A stretch of 64,000 nucleotides of DNA from Monocercomonoides exilis PA203 (taxonomy: Eukaryota; Protista; Preaxostyla): contig LSRY02000001.1 of NCBI GenBank assembly GCA_001643675.2, forward strand, positions 1,178,001-1,242,000. The letters run 5' to 3'. Position numbers and translations under genes: made by a program. This document shows, piece after piece, positions 23,076-38,719 of this stretch. The stretch's first letter is position 1. Each line of letters starts with the position of its first letter. The notes under the pieces are model-generated. The model worked only from the letters and a program-made list of their open reading frames with translations. It was not told the origin of the DNA and searched no databases.

Positions 23076-26000
23076 TTAATAGGGGACACCAAAAGAACAA
23101 TTTTGAGATTCATTAAAAGAAGAAGAGTCAAGAAGAAGCTCAAATCTCCTTGAAAGAAGATCCTGAGAAGATTGAGAAAGAAGAGAAGAGTTTGATGATG
23201 TGATATCAGAGTGAAATGACTTCCTTGTTCGTTGAACCTTTTCTTTCATTGTCGAAGATTCGAGGGCAACCAGAGAGCGTTGAGGAAGATATCCAACAGC
23301 TGAAGCACAGACAAATGAGCCTTTGCGCTCAAAATACAAGTAATCTTTCATGTGGGGAACTGACAATGATGGCCATGAGACTTGTTGAGATGGTACATAT
23401 TCTTCAAAGTACCTCTCATGCTCAAAGTTATTGACAGATGTCGAAGATGGTGAAGAGTTTGATGATGATGTTGAGAAGTTGTTCGATTGTGAAGTTGAAG
23501 AAGCTGATGTCGAATTATTCATATTGTTTTCGAAGAAGTTGATTAAGTCATGAAGTGTTGTGATGTGTTCAGTCGAAAGATTGTTGTCAATTGCATTAAC
23601 TAACGCACCAAATTCACTATCACAAATATTCTTTCCATGGTGCTCAGCGAAGAAGTTGAGTTGAGTATTTTTCTTTTTCAGGAGTTTCGATTGTTTGGAG
23701 AGGATGAAGTAAAGAAGGAAGCGATTTCGGTTGTGTGGACCCGAATCGCAGAAGAACTTAAAAGTGTGAGTGTCTGAAAAGAAGTGTCTTTTGATCACAG
23801 ATTCCAGACACTCAATAACAAATCTGTGATCATTTGAAAGGCAATCGGAGAAGAAGTTGAAAGTTCGTTTTATTTTTTGATTTTTTATTTTTTGAAGAGA
23901 GATGATTGTGAATTGAGAGACTTGTTGATAATTGAAGAATTCTTGTTGAAGTTGATTTTTTCTTATGGGGAGTTTCCATTTCTCTTTGAAGTCGAAGACG
24001 AAGACTGCCTCTCCCTCTTTAAGATTATCAACAGTTGATTGATAATGTTTTCGTTGCATTTCTGCAACAAGACGATGTTGTCGAAGAAGTTTTAAAATGT
24101 GAAACTCAGCAGAAGAAAGTCCATTTTTGTTTTGTGAAGATTTTAATTTGTTTTCCAGATAGTTGAGTTTCTCGCACATTCCGCAGAGATCTGTGCGCCT
24201 TTTTGCTTTGGAGAAGTTGGTGGTGAGTTTGTAGAAGTGAGATAATGAAACTTTGATGTTTGTTTCATCTGTAAACTCTTTCCATAATTTCGTCTTGGGC
24301 TTGAAGATTAACCTCTTTTCATTGGGAGAAAAGATGCCCGTTTTCTTTCTTTTTTCTTTCAGTGCTTCCAATCCATAACTTGTTGAAATTGACGAAGAGA
24401 GTGGAGGAATGGAAGTTGTTCGATGAGGTGGAGTGATGAATGCGGATGACAGAGTAGTTGTTATTGTTGGAGTTAATGTTGTTGTTGACGATGATGATGA
24501 GTTATCTGAAGTGTTTAAATTTGATGTTTCTGAAGAAGAAGATGAACCACCAAATTGAATAGTTGAAAGCGTTGGTCTTGTTTTTTCTTTTGTGTAGAAT
24601 GAAAGTGAAGGAGTGTAACCTTGAGCATAAAGATCCTTCCATGCCTTTATCCAATTTTTTTTCTCCAGTTCAGTCACGCCAGCATCATTGCAAACATTCC
24701 ATTTGAAGCGATTTCCGCTCTTTCTTTTCACCACAGCTATGTAATGCCCGTTTTGTTGATCCATTCGCTTATACAGTATCTGCCCAATAAGATGATAAAT
24801 AATAATCTCCTTATTGCTCTCTTTATTATGTTGAATGTTTTCTTCTGAATACCCTTTGATAAACGTTCGCTGGTTAGCACGATCAGTTTCAATAAGCAAC
24901 ATGCTTGATGGCTCAGAGCTGGACGTGTCAGTGCATTCGTGACAGAGAGCTAGCACCTCTGGAAATGCAGCCATTTCCTCCCATCGTGAAGTGCAGCACT
25001 TCTCTTTGCATTCATTGCAATAAACGGTGTTCTTTCCATCCAATATCTCTGTTGCAAAGAGAGATGATAGACCTTTGTGAGGAGAAGATGAATTAATTAC
25101 CACATTGTTGCTAATTTCATCGAATTGATTTGAAACTTTTTGGCATTGTTGGCATTTCAAATGAGTGATCAAAACAGGATTGAACGTATCTTTATTTATC
25201 AGCTCATCTTTTTGAAGAAGTTGGTGAAGATTGTCAAATGCCTCAACCACGTTTTGCTGCTGTCTACTGCCATATCCACAAAAGTCTTCCCATTTGTTGA
25301 TCAGTGATGGGACCCACGAACGCACTGCCATTCCATCTTTGGCAAGTTGTTTGCAAACACTCAATACACGAGAAGATAAATTGTTTTTTGATGATGTGGT
25401 TTTTATTATTGATTGTTTTTGTGAAGTGATTGAAGACATGCATTGAAGAAGAGAGGAAAGATAGCAAGTGTTTCCAAGATTTTGCAAGCCTTTAACTGTT
25501 TTTGATGACGAATTGGAATCTTCATTCTTGTTCGAAAATATTGATGAAGAAGGAGATTGAATTGCGGGAAGAAAATCAGTTGTGTTGCTGTTAGACATGA
25601 TTTGAGGAGAATGATTATTAAGTGTTTCATCTCTTTCATCTGTTTGTGTATTATATTGAGAAGAAGAAGAGTTAATTTCTTTTGAAAATGATGAAAGAAG
25701 ATTTTGGAATGCTTGAGGAGGAATAAGAGTGGGTGAAGTGGCATATTCGACTAATTGATCACTCACACACACATCATCGTTGCGAAAGGATGCTGAAGAT
25801 TTTTCGATACAAGAAGAATTTTTTGATTCTTCTTGTTGCTTTTTGGAAGAAGAGGAAGATGAGGAAGATGAGGAAGATGAGGAAGTGGATGACGATTGTT
25901 TTGTTTTGAAGAATTTGTGAATTGGGATTGGAGAAGGAGATGAGTGACGTTTTTGATGTGATTTATTTGTTTTTCTTTTTGTTGAATCCCTTTCTCTCCT

Positions 26001-26863
26001 AATTGGAGTGCTGATTGGAGTATCAACAGCTTGAGATGGAGAAGAATTTGGTGAAGAAGAATCATTTTCTAAAATAGTTTTTAAATTTTTATTTTGCTGA
26101 GATGATGAAGAAGATGAAGAAGATTGTTTTCTTTTTGAAGAAGAGTTTTCTGTAATTATTTCTTCTTCCCAAGCCTCTTCGTCTATATATCTCGTAAAGT
26201 CCGGCTCAGCTCGCTGCTTTTTCTTTGCAGATTGAAGAGAAGTTGACGCTTCTGTTGAATGGGCCAACATCCAGTTGTTGCCCTTTTCCCAGTCCTGTTC
26301 AATTAAGCCTTAAAAAAATAGAGAAAATTATTCAAAAAAATTATAAATAAAAACAAACCACTTTTGCAAGACGGAAGATGAGGTTTTTGAGGAGGAATGA
26401 TAAATCCTTGGTTTTTCTTCAGTGTTTGCTTCGCATAAATAAATTTTCCCTCTGTCACATCATATCCATAGTCTTGCAAATCGGATAATGATGTATTGCG
26501 AGATAGCGCTTGAAGCATTGTTGTTTGAGTGTGCAACGGAGCGTTGTTGTACACCACAGACAAGTCTTCCAGCAGCTTAATGTGATATTCTGTTTCAAAA
26601 AAAAAATAAATAATAAACAAATATAAATAAAAAAAAAAAAAAAAACAAAAGAAGAAATAACATTTCTAACACAATACAAAAAAATAAAAAACCAAACCAT
26701 TCAAAGACTTCAGTAAATCATTAATTACTGAAGATGATTGCCTATAGTTGTAAAAGAGATAGACAAGCAATGAATCCACGTCATCTCCACCTATACGTTT
26801 TATTTCGTTCCAAATAACTTTGCATCGAGAATTAAGAGTTGATTGAGGTTTAGAAAAAGACAT
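23076..26863 (-). CDS. Sola2-like DDD transposase with an embedded ubiquitin-specific protease (USP/peptidase C19) domain; 3 exons, ~1209 aa
   Basis: Exons 26863-26698, 26589-26359 and 26308-23076 join in frame through two phase-1 GT-AG introns (3630 nt). USP: GLQNLGNTCY, QQNVVEAF, CQQC/CNEC, GHYIAVVK, W..CND (~25490-24590). Transposase: TDLCGMC...H, VFDFKEKW, QEFFNYQQVS, SND..FV, CDSGPHNRN, FFAEHHGKNICDSEFG. Confidence 0.85.
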
Positions 26864-27459
26864 TTTTATGTTGAAAGTATTTTAATAATGGTTTGATGAT
26901 ATTAGAAATTAATATGCTGTTGTTTGAATTAATAATACTTTTTTTTTATTTTTTATTTTTTTTTATTTTTTTTTTTTTTGGTTTTGTGTTGATTCTGAGA
27001 AAAATTGACAAATAAAATATTCAAGGAGCTTCCAAAAATGAATTTTTATTGTTCAAAATTATCCTTCGAAAATTTGCCAACAAGTCAAAACTGACATAAC
27101 TCAAATTTCTTTTTCCACATTATCTGAGAATAACAATAACATCAAACAACAAAATATGATTTTTTTAAAAAATAGTAAAAATGTCATACATATAACTTAA
27201 AATAAGCATTTCTATCTCAATCAAAATTTTAATATATATAACAGTTTTTTTGTGTTTATTAAAAAAATGACTTTCGTTAAAATTGGATTTTTTTTTAATA
27301 TTAATTTTTCTGGAAAATGATAAGTTTTTTCAAAACATTCTTTTTTCTATAATGACGAATAATAACCATTGAAAATATATATCATCCATTGAAATTAAAA
27401 AAATAAAGAAAATTTGTGAAAAAATGTTTCAAAAAATATTCATTCTGAAAATTGTTCAA

Positions 27460-27675
27460 TTTGATCTTATTGATCATTGAAAGATTTTAATTACTTGGAA
27501 ATTTGCAGAAATCGTTTTTGCATTTATGAATCTCTTCTTTATATCATTTATACCATTATGAGCTAATAAATAATCAATTCTGCAAATTCCCGATCAACGA
27601 AAAAATGAAAATTTGAAATGGGTTTATAACAAGAAAAATAAAATTTGATTATCTTATGAAAAACTTCGTTTATTG
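27460..27675. repeat. Right arm of the imperfect inverted repeat pairing with 21950-22160
   Basis: GGAAATTTGCAGAAATCGTT and GAAAAAATGAAAATTTGAAATGGG reverse-complement the left arm. Confidence 0.65.
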
Positions 27676-28099
27676 ATAAGCAAAATTCAAATATAATTCA
27701 TGTCTTCTTTAATGCTTCTTCTTCCTCAACTTTTTCAATCCAAACTGTTCTCCATTTATGACAAATAATTTGATGAATCTTTCGTCATATTTAACCTCCA
27801 CTACTTCTGTTTTTTCTCTTTTCTCTCCTTTTTCGTTTTTCTGATCCAATGATGTTATCCTCCCCTTCTTTCTTCTCCTTCTGCTTCTACTTCTTCTGCT
27901 TCTACTTCTCTTTCTGCTTTTCCTTCAACTGCTCTGCATGTTCTGTCAGTTTAACCACAAAGCGAAGTCATTTCAGCAAAATCATAAAAAATAATCAAAG
28001 TGTTTTTCCTCTTTTTGCTTCGTACATGCACACTTGCAGTGTTGTGCATGTGATTGAAATGACAAAGAGAAAAGAAATGGTTATACAAAGAAATTCAAT

Positions 28100-31870
<3,771 letters not shown>

Positions 31871-32532
31871 AAGACTTGAAGAAGAAGAAAGAACATGAGA
31901 AAATAGTAAAAAAGGAAGGGAAACGAAAAGATCAATTTATCTGCATGATATTCCATCTCTGTCTGAGGCTCTTCTCATTCAACTTTTCACTTTCAACTCA
32001 CCTTTTATCACCACCGCCTCCTCTTCATCATCAATATAGTCAGTCACATCCACTTCATTTCAGCAATGAACTTTATTAAAAGCAGAATATCCCTCTTTAT
32101 CCTCGTCATCACTGTCATCAGCGCCCTCTACAACTTCTTCTTTTTTGTTTCCTCTTATTTTGCATTGGATCAGAGCATCGACTAAGTCAAATGTTTGTTT
32201 TGTTCAATTCAGCAGTCACAAAGTTAGCAAAAAATTATCTCATTTCTTCAACTCACGTCGAATTCATCGTTAGACCTCATCTTTTATTTTCTTTTCGGAA
32301 GCACAAAAGAATTATTTATTTTATCACAGAATATCAGCTGAAATTATGAGACAATAGAAATGATTTCGAGTCGAAAAAAGCTGATTAGTCGGCGCGAAAT
32401 CAAAAAAGGAGGACGATTTTGCCTTTTTTATTTGGAAGCTGAAAGAGGCGCAGATAAAAAAGAAAGAGTATTTGAGCAATTCTTTTATGAAATGAATGAG
32501 CTCAAAAATAGCGTTCAGCAGGTTACACAACG

Positions 32533-33445
32533 TCACACGCCTTCAATGCGTCGAGAAGATGAAACGATGAAGGAAACATATTTATTTGAAAAGGCAAATT
32601 TAATGGATAATTCTATGAAAGAAGAGAATAAATGCCCGACAGGCAATGTTGATTTCATCAAATGCACATATAAGATGTTTTCTTCTATTTTGTGTGCCAT
32701 CTCCCCATCTTTCTTCGGCTTTGCCTTCATTTGCACATAAATTCACCGACAAGTCAGCTGATGAAATGATTTCTGCCTTATGATCTGCACCTTCTTCAAA
32801 AGCCCCGTCGCATTTTGTGTCCTCTTGTAGGGTGTCTTTTCCAACTCGCAATACATTGCTTTGATGCCAAGATGACCATCCATGTATTCATTGTCAGCTG
32901 TATGCCCGTTGATAAAGATTTGTTAATCGACATCCAAATCGCCAAATGCTTTTGTTTTGTCATGTCCAGCAGCCGAGTTGTCTTTTTCAGTGATGCTTGT
33001 CATGAAAGTGAACAAGGGTTCCTTCACAGAAGCGACAAATGATTCACACACAAAATACATATCTCTTCCAATACTCGCCTCGTTGGCTGAAAACACGATA
33101 TTGGTGATGGAAAAGGAGGATTCTGACACTTCTGAATCATCGTTGTACTCGATCATGAGAGCACCTCCTTTTCCTCCAGAACTTGTATCCTCGCTCACAG
33201 AGCAAGTGGAGAAGGCTGTGTCACTCGCTGAAAATGTGTTGGCAGGGGCAGATGAGGTGAATGAGATGCACCCGCCATTGGTGGCAGTCTGTTGGCTCAA
33301 CTGTTCTGAGTTGATGTTGGTGATGGTGCAGTTGGCGAGGGAGAGGGAGAGGGCAGGGGAGGTGGCAGAGGAGAGGACACAGCTGGCGGGGGTGGCAGTG
33401 GAGGTGATGTCGGTGATGTTGGAGGAATTGAGGGAGAGGGAGCAT
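32533..33445 (-). pseudogene. Fragment of the beta-helix-like surface protein family
   Basis: NGGCISF, GGKGGALMI and FSANEASIGRDMYFVC repeat motifs match those in 48758..54634 (FSNNKARIGRDVFVKC). Truncated with stops. Confidence 0.65.
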
Positions 33446-34256
33446 TCAGCGAGAAAGATGAAGAAGAAAAAGCGGGAAATAAAGAAAAGAAGAAAAAGAA
33501 GAAAGAAGAGGAAGTGCATGATGAGTGGAATGAATTTCTTTGGCGATTAAGGAGCGATAGAGGATGTATGTGGAATGAGAATGTGAAAGAAACAATAATG
33601 GAAAATTTTGGATGAAGAACAAAGGGGATGGAGAAGAAAGTTTGAACGCCAAATAATCAGGAGAATAGAGAGAGATAACGAATTTGAATCAGTTGTTATT
33701 GTTGGAAATATATTCTTTTCCACAGTTCTTTCTTTTGTTTTGCTGTTGAAGCTGAGCTACAAAGCTGGAATGATGATTTTGTGATGTTAAATCCAAAGAA
33801 ATAAAAGATAACGAACAGTTCTCTTTTTTTGAAAATCAAAAAAATAATAATTTTAATAAAATTCCAAACTTTTCCAATGTTTTTTGTCTTTATTTTACAA
33901 TTGTTGGTATTGTTCAGTAAATCTTGAAACTTCTATTTCTTTCTGAAGTTTTATTTGTTTGTTTTTGGTTCAATTTCTTATAACTTCATCAAAAAATTCT
34001 ATTTCACCAAAAGCTAGAAAAAGGTGTGAATTATATATATATTACAAATATATATTACAGAAATTAAAGCTAAATATTTACAAAAAAATCAATTAAACTC
34101 TTTGATCAATAAATACCACAATAGAATTTATTTTTTCGATTTTTGATCTTTTTTTATGATATCAAAAAAAATCACCCATTTATTGTTTTTCGAAATCAAA
34201 TTAAAATATATGAATTCGAATAATTTATTTTCGATTTTGAATTAATCATTATAAAA

Positions 34257-34938
34257 GAAAGATATAGTATATCAGCAATAGATACATCTCTATTAGGTTA
34301 ATCAATATTATCGATTTATGAATATCTACTGGGTGTTATCATCTTGTGTAATAAGTTGGTAGGCAATGGTAATAATATAGAGATCGATGATTATTGCTGA
34401 TACTCTCAGGGGTTTCTCATGATTAGATATTCGGTGATGTTCTATAAAGAAGGAGTTATTGATAAGTGTAATCGAGATATATCTATAGCTGATATGCAAT
34501 ATCTCCAAGGAGGAAAATTAGCTAAAAGATTAACTGGAAGATTAACGAAAGTTATGTTCAAGTTGGTAAATTAATGGTGAAACTGTGTGAAAATTGGTGT
34601 TTTCGTTGATGAAATTGTTGATGAAAAACATGAGTTGAACATGTATCGAACGTTGATGAAATCGTTGACATTATCGTGAGTGAAATCGCAAATAAAAATA
34701 ATTGATTTTGTTTTTTGTTTTATAGCAAATGGGTCTGAAGAAGATATACGCAACTGTGAAAGAAGCTAAAGCGGCTCAACAAAAACAGATTAAACAGTTT
34801 CAGGAAAAGCGTAAGGAAGAAACTAAGTATTACAACGAACATGTATCTGAGAAACAGAATAAGTTGATAAAGATATTGAGGAGAAAGCTTATCGAAGATG
34901 ATGAGCTGTTAGATGAGTTGATGGAAAAAGTTAATGGT
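34257..34938. repeat. Left terminal inverted repeat (~682 bp)
   Basis: Reverse complement of 38038-38719. The mismatches I noticed are within the outermost ~10 bp. Confidence 0.95.
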
Positions 34939-34980
34939 TATTGCCTGCACAGGCTTGATTGGGATAAATGTGTTTATTGA
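34729..34980 (+). CDS. Small basic coiled-coil protein encoded in the TIR (copy 1)
   Basis: MGLKKIYATVKEAKAAQQKQIKQF..., identical to 38005..38247 up to KVNG; the C-termini differ beyond the TIR boundary. Confidence 0.55.
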   Translation: MGLKKIYATVKEAKAAQQKQIKQFQEKRKEETKYYNEHVSEKQNKLIKILRRKLIEDDELLDELMEKVNGYCLHRLDWDKCVY

Positions 34981-35479
34981 TGAAATATAACTGACTGAAC
35001 ACGTTTGTTGTGTCGTAGATTATATCAAACATTAGTCACGATTGCATTATGGTTGATTGCCAACATCTTTATTTTTGATTGGAAAAAGTGTCAACCCGTG
35101 TCCAGGACACCGAATTGTGGTAATATCAATGACTCAGCTGAAGGGGAATATTTGATTAAATCTCCGTGCCAAAAGCGTAAACCGGTAAACCGGTAAACCG
35201 GTAAACCTGATCTTTTAATTTCAACTGAAAAGAGCTGCCAACATGCCATTTCTGCCAACATAAGCATTTTCCCCCTAATTTGGCATGATTTCGAGGGTTC
35301 TTACTCATTTTCGATTGTGTTGTCATTCTGCCACATTGCCACATGGAATAGTTGGTGGAACACATCAGTTGTATTGTTTTTGTTTGAATGATTCCAAAAA
35401 TACGAATATGTTTAGTTGATTTCCACAGAACAGTCCATGTCATCTTCTCTTCGTTTGAGGAGTTGTTCAGACTCTGGCT

Positions 35480-37750
35480 TGAGTTTGAAACACCACACTT
35501 GATTTCCTTTTCCACCTACTCGTATTCTCTCACATCTGTCTTTGATTGCTGGTTGGAATGAGCGATCGTTCTTGTATTAAGCTGGTTTGAAACATAGTGC
35601 ACCAGAACATCTCCACACTTCTTTGAGTTTATTGTCATGCTCCTGACAGAACAAATCGATGACAGAGAGTGATGCTGCAATGATATCTTCCTTTGCCTCC
35701 GTTGTTGGAATAGCCCTTATGTTGAAATTGGAGAGATCTTTGCTGAGGAAATAGCAGAGAAGTTGTTCATAGAATTCATCGTAGAAAGAGTTTGTGAAAT
35801 CCTTGAAGAGTGTGAGATTGTTCTTATATTTTGAGTTACAATCACAAACAACATATTTTCTGTCACCAATCTCAATCTTTACAGGGTGAGTGTGATTTGT
35901 CACAAATATGAAATTAGCAACGTTCTCAGTTGTTCTTCTTGGCTGATTCTTCTTATTTATTCCGATTGTTGAATCTGCAATTATACTCTTCAATACGTCA
36001 AAGTTAGCTGTTCGATCATCTCCAACGTTTTTCAACTCATGAAGTACAATGAACATTTTCCCTTTGAAGATGGAGTTGAACTGTCTCGTTTGTTCTGCAA
36101 TCTCTGTGACATTTAGACATGAATATCCTGTCAACAGTTTAGCAAGGACATATGTCCAGACATTCTTTCCAATTCCTTGTAAACCTTTGAGAACAAGTGA
36201 TGTTTCTGCTTTTTGACCAGGATTTTGAACAATTGACGCAATCCAACAGAGGATGTGTTGACAGAGTTCATCGTTGTTGTTGGCGATAACTTCTTGTGTA
36301 AAATCAAGGAATGGTTTGATGATTTCGTCATTTTGTTCGTTTGCCGTTTGGTATTTGAACCCATGGAACAGAGAGAATATTTGAGGGTTATCTGAGAAGA
36401 ACTTCACCCCATCAATCGATAGAACGTGTGAGTATTGTTCGAAAGCTGTCTCAACTGTGAGAGTCTTTTTGTCATCATGCCACAGTTTTATTGTTTTGAA
36501 CAGTTCGCACATTGCTGATTTTGTCTTGAATGTAATTGAATAACAGGAGGTGTGAATTTCAAACTCTTTCACATTGAATTCCATCCTTGCTTCATCAAAT
36601 CTTAGAACTTTTGTTAGATCTTCAGTGACTTCAGACAGCGAGGATAATTGCTTTCGACAAGCTTAATCCCTGATTTCAGAGAACGAGCACGATGAGTTGA
36701 GATCTATTTCATGAACAGTGATCTCTCGTGCAGGTTCTTCCTTTTGCTCATTCTCTTTTCTGAGGAGTGGAATGATTATATCGTTGAAACATGTTGGATT
36801 CCATCCCTTGACAATCTTTTGAAGAACAAATGGATGTGACTTGTGATCCCTGTGCCTGTTTTGTTTCTCTTCATAGTGAGTGATTGCATTTGCTGTCAGA
36901 GCAGCTGTTTCTCTGATTTGATTGAAAAGAAAATCAATTGAATTGTTGTTGAAACCATTAATATTGATGAGAGGATTGAGAGCTGCAAATAACGGTAAAA
37001 GAGTTAACTCAGAATCAAGTGACAAAGAATCTGTGTCGTTATGTATTTCAACATCTTTGAGTCCATCTACAAGAGCAAGAGCGACAGTTGGAGACATATC
37101 AACAATTCCATCTTTTGTGAGAAGATTGTGTGGTTCAGCTGCAATTATCGCTAATGTATTCTCTGTTTTGAGGTTCTTACCGAATATGTCAAGAACACTC
37201 TCAAGTGATGAAAGATCTCTGAGCTCTCTGTAATTGTTGAGGGGAATGTATTTGGTGATGATTCTCTCGCCATCTTTCATCTCTCTGTATGAAGTTTCAG
37301 CTTGAACAACAAGCCTCTGTTTTCCATCTCCAATTCCTGCAAAAATGTCGATATTGAACTCTGGACTCGTTATCATCTTGGTTTGTGACGAACATTTATG
37401 GGGATAACCACACAGCTCACAATAAAAATGAAGACCACCATGAACTGTTTGAACAAGTCCTTCATTTCGGGGGAGTTTCTCGAAAATGGAAATCCTGATG
37501 GTTTTCGTTTTTGTTCAGCTTGGAGGGATTTGTTGATATCAACATCAACGACAAAAAGATCCTCACATGTGCTGATATCGACAGCTGTTCCAGTGTGTCG
37601 TTGGCCCTGCTTCTTGTCAGAATATTTCTTGCAGTCGAACAAATCAACAAGGTGATCTTTCATTAGTTCTCCAAGCGTTTGCTGTTCTGTTGACATTGAA
37701 TCAATTAATTGTTGGATAATGTTGTCAGAGTCTGTTTGGGGGTTTGTCAT
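35480..37750 (-). pseudogene. Prim-Pol (AEP bifunctional primase/polymerase) fused to a D5-like SF3 helicase, ~750 aa, disrupted
   Basis: From ATG 37750: LFVVDVD, then after one frameshift (~37505) VQTVHGGLHFY and NIDIF. In-frame TAA at 36663. Helicase Walker A LKGLQGIGKN, Walker B IVLHEL, motif C FIFVTNH, then DRKY. Second in-frame TAA at 35577. Confidence 0.85.
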
Positions 37751-38004
37751 TTTAGAAAAAAAAAAAATAAATATTTTTGAAACAGATTTATTTTTTTTAC
37801 CTGAATTTACAGGGAAGATGACGTTGAGGTTAATGTCGAAAATGAACGAGGAACAGTTAATTTTCACATTAAATGTATTTTGCCCACTTTGCTCACTTTG
37901 CCCGTTTGCACACATAATTTCAAGAATAGGATTGACCCAGTCCACCCGGTCCAAGTGAAAAAAACGGAGATAAAACTCAATATTTCCCAGCCACAACATC
38001 CGAA

Positions 38005-38247
38005 TCAACTACTCAGTTGACCTGGTCCAGGCAAATGACCATTAACTTTTTCCATCAACTCATCTAACAGCTCATCATCTTCGATAAGCTTTCTCCTCAA
38101 TATCTTTATCAACTTATTCTGTTTCTCAGATACATGTTCGTTGTAATACTTAGTTTCTTCCTTACGCTTTTCCTGAAACTGTTTAATCTGTTTTTGTTGA
38201 GCCGCTTTAGCTTCTTTCACAGTTGCGTATATCTTCTTCAGACCCAT
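38005..38247 (-). CDS. Small basic coiled-coil protein encoded in the TIR (copy 2)
   Basis: Duplicate of 34729..34980 inside the right TIR, pointing inward. Confidence 0.55.
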   Translation of the reverse strand: MGLKKIYATVKEAKAAQQKQIKQFQEKRKEETKYYNEHVSEKQNKLIKILRRKLIEDDELLDELMEKVNGHLPGPGQLSS

Positions 38248-38719
38248 TTGCTATAAAACAAAAAACAAAATCAATTATTTTTATTTGCGATTTCACTCAC
38301 GATAATGTCAACGATTTCATCAACGTTCGATACATGTTCAACTCATGTTTTTCATCAACAATTTCATCAACGAAAACACCAATTTTCACACAGTTTCACC
38401 ATTAATTTACCAACTTGAACATAACTTTCGTTAATCTTCCAGTTAATCTTTTAGCTAATTTTCCTCCTTGGAGATATTGCATATCAGCTATAGATATATC
38501 TCGATTACACTTATCAATAACTCCTTCTTTATAGAACATCACCGAATATCTAATCATGAGAAACCCCTGAGAGTATCAGCAATAATCATCGATCTCTATA
38601 TTATTACCATTGCCTACCAACTTATTACACAAGATGATAACACCCAGTAGATATTCATAAATCGATAATATTGATTAACCTAATAGAGATGTATCTATTG
38701 CTGATATACCATATCTCTC
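38038..38719. repeat. Right terminal inverted repeat (~682 bp)
   Basis: Reverse complement of 34257-34938. Confidence 0.95.

Larger units (their letters stand above)
34257..38719. mobile_element. 4.46-kb element with ~680-bp TIRs encoding Prim-Pol + SF3 helicase (linear-plasmid / transpoviron / Polinton-like relic)
   Basis: 34257-34938 is the near-perfect reverse complement of 38038-38719, and the ORF track shows identical ORFs on opposite strands. Primase-helicase lies between the TIRs. Confidence 0.85.

Noticed and set aside
22934-24330. Fanzor/TnpB plus omegaRNA interpretation
   Set aside because: The protein shows DDD transposase motifs, not the RuvC / C-terminal zinc-finger arrangement. 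Only the position of the RNA is analogous.
35577-36665. In-frame TAA codons as evidence of a TAA=Gln code
   Set aside because: Only two TAA in ~2.2 kb, Gln is otherwise CAA/CAG, and multi-kb ORFs elsewhere are open in the standard code. Point mutations are the simpler explanation.
34326-38650. 60-aa ORFs duplicated in the TIRs (34326, 34571, 38223, 38468)
   Set aside because: Outward-facing, short and without coding-like composition; duplicated only because they lie in the TIR.
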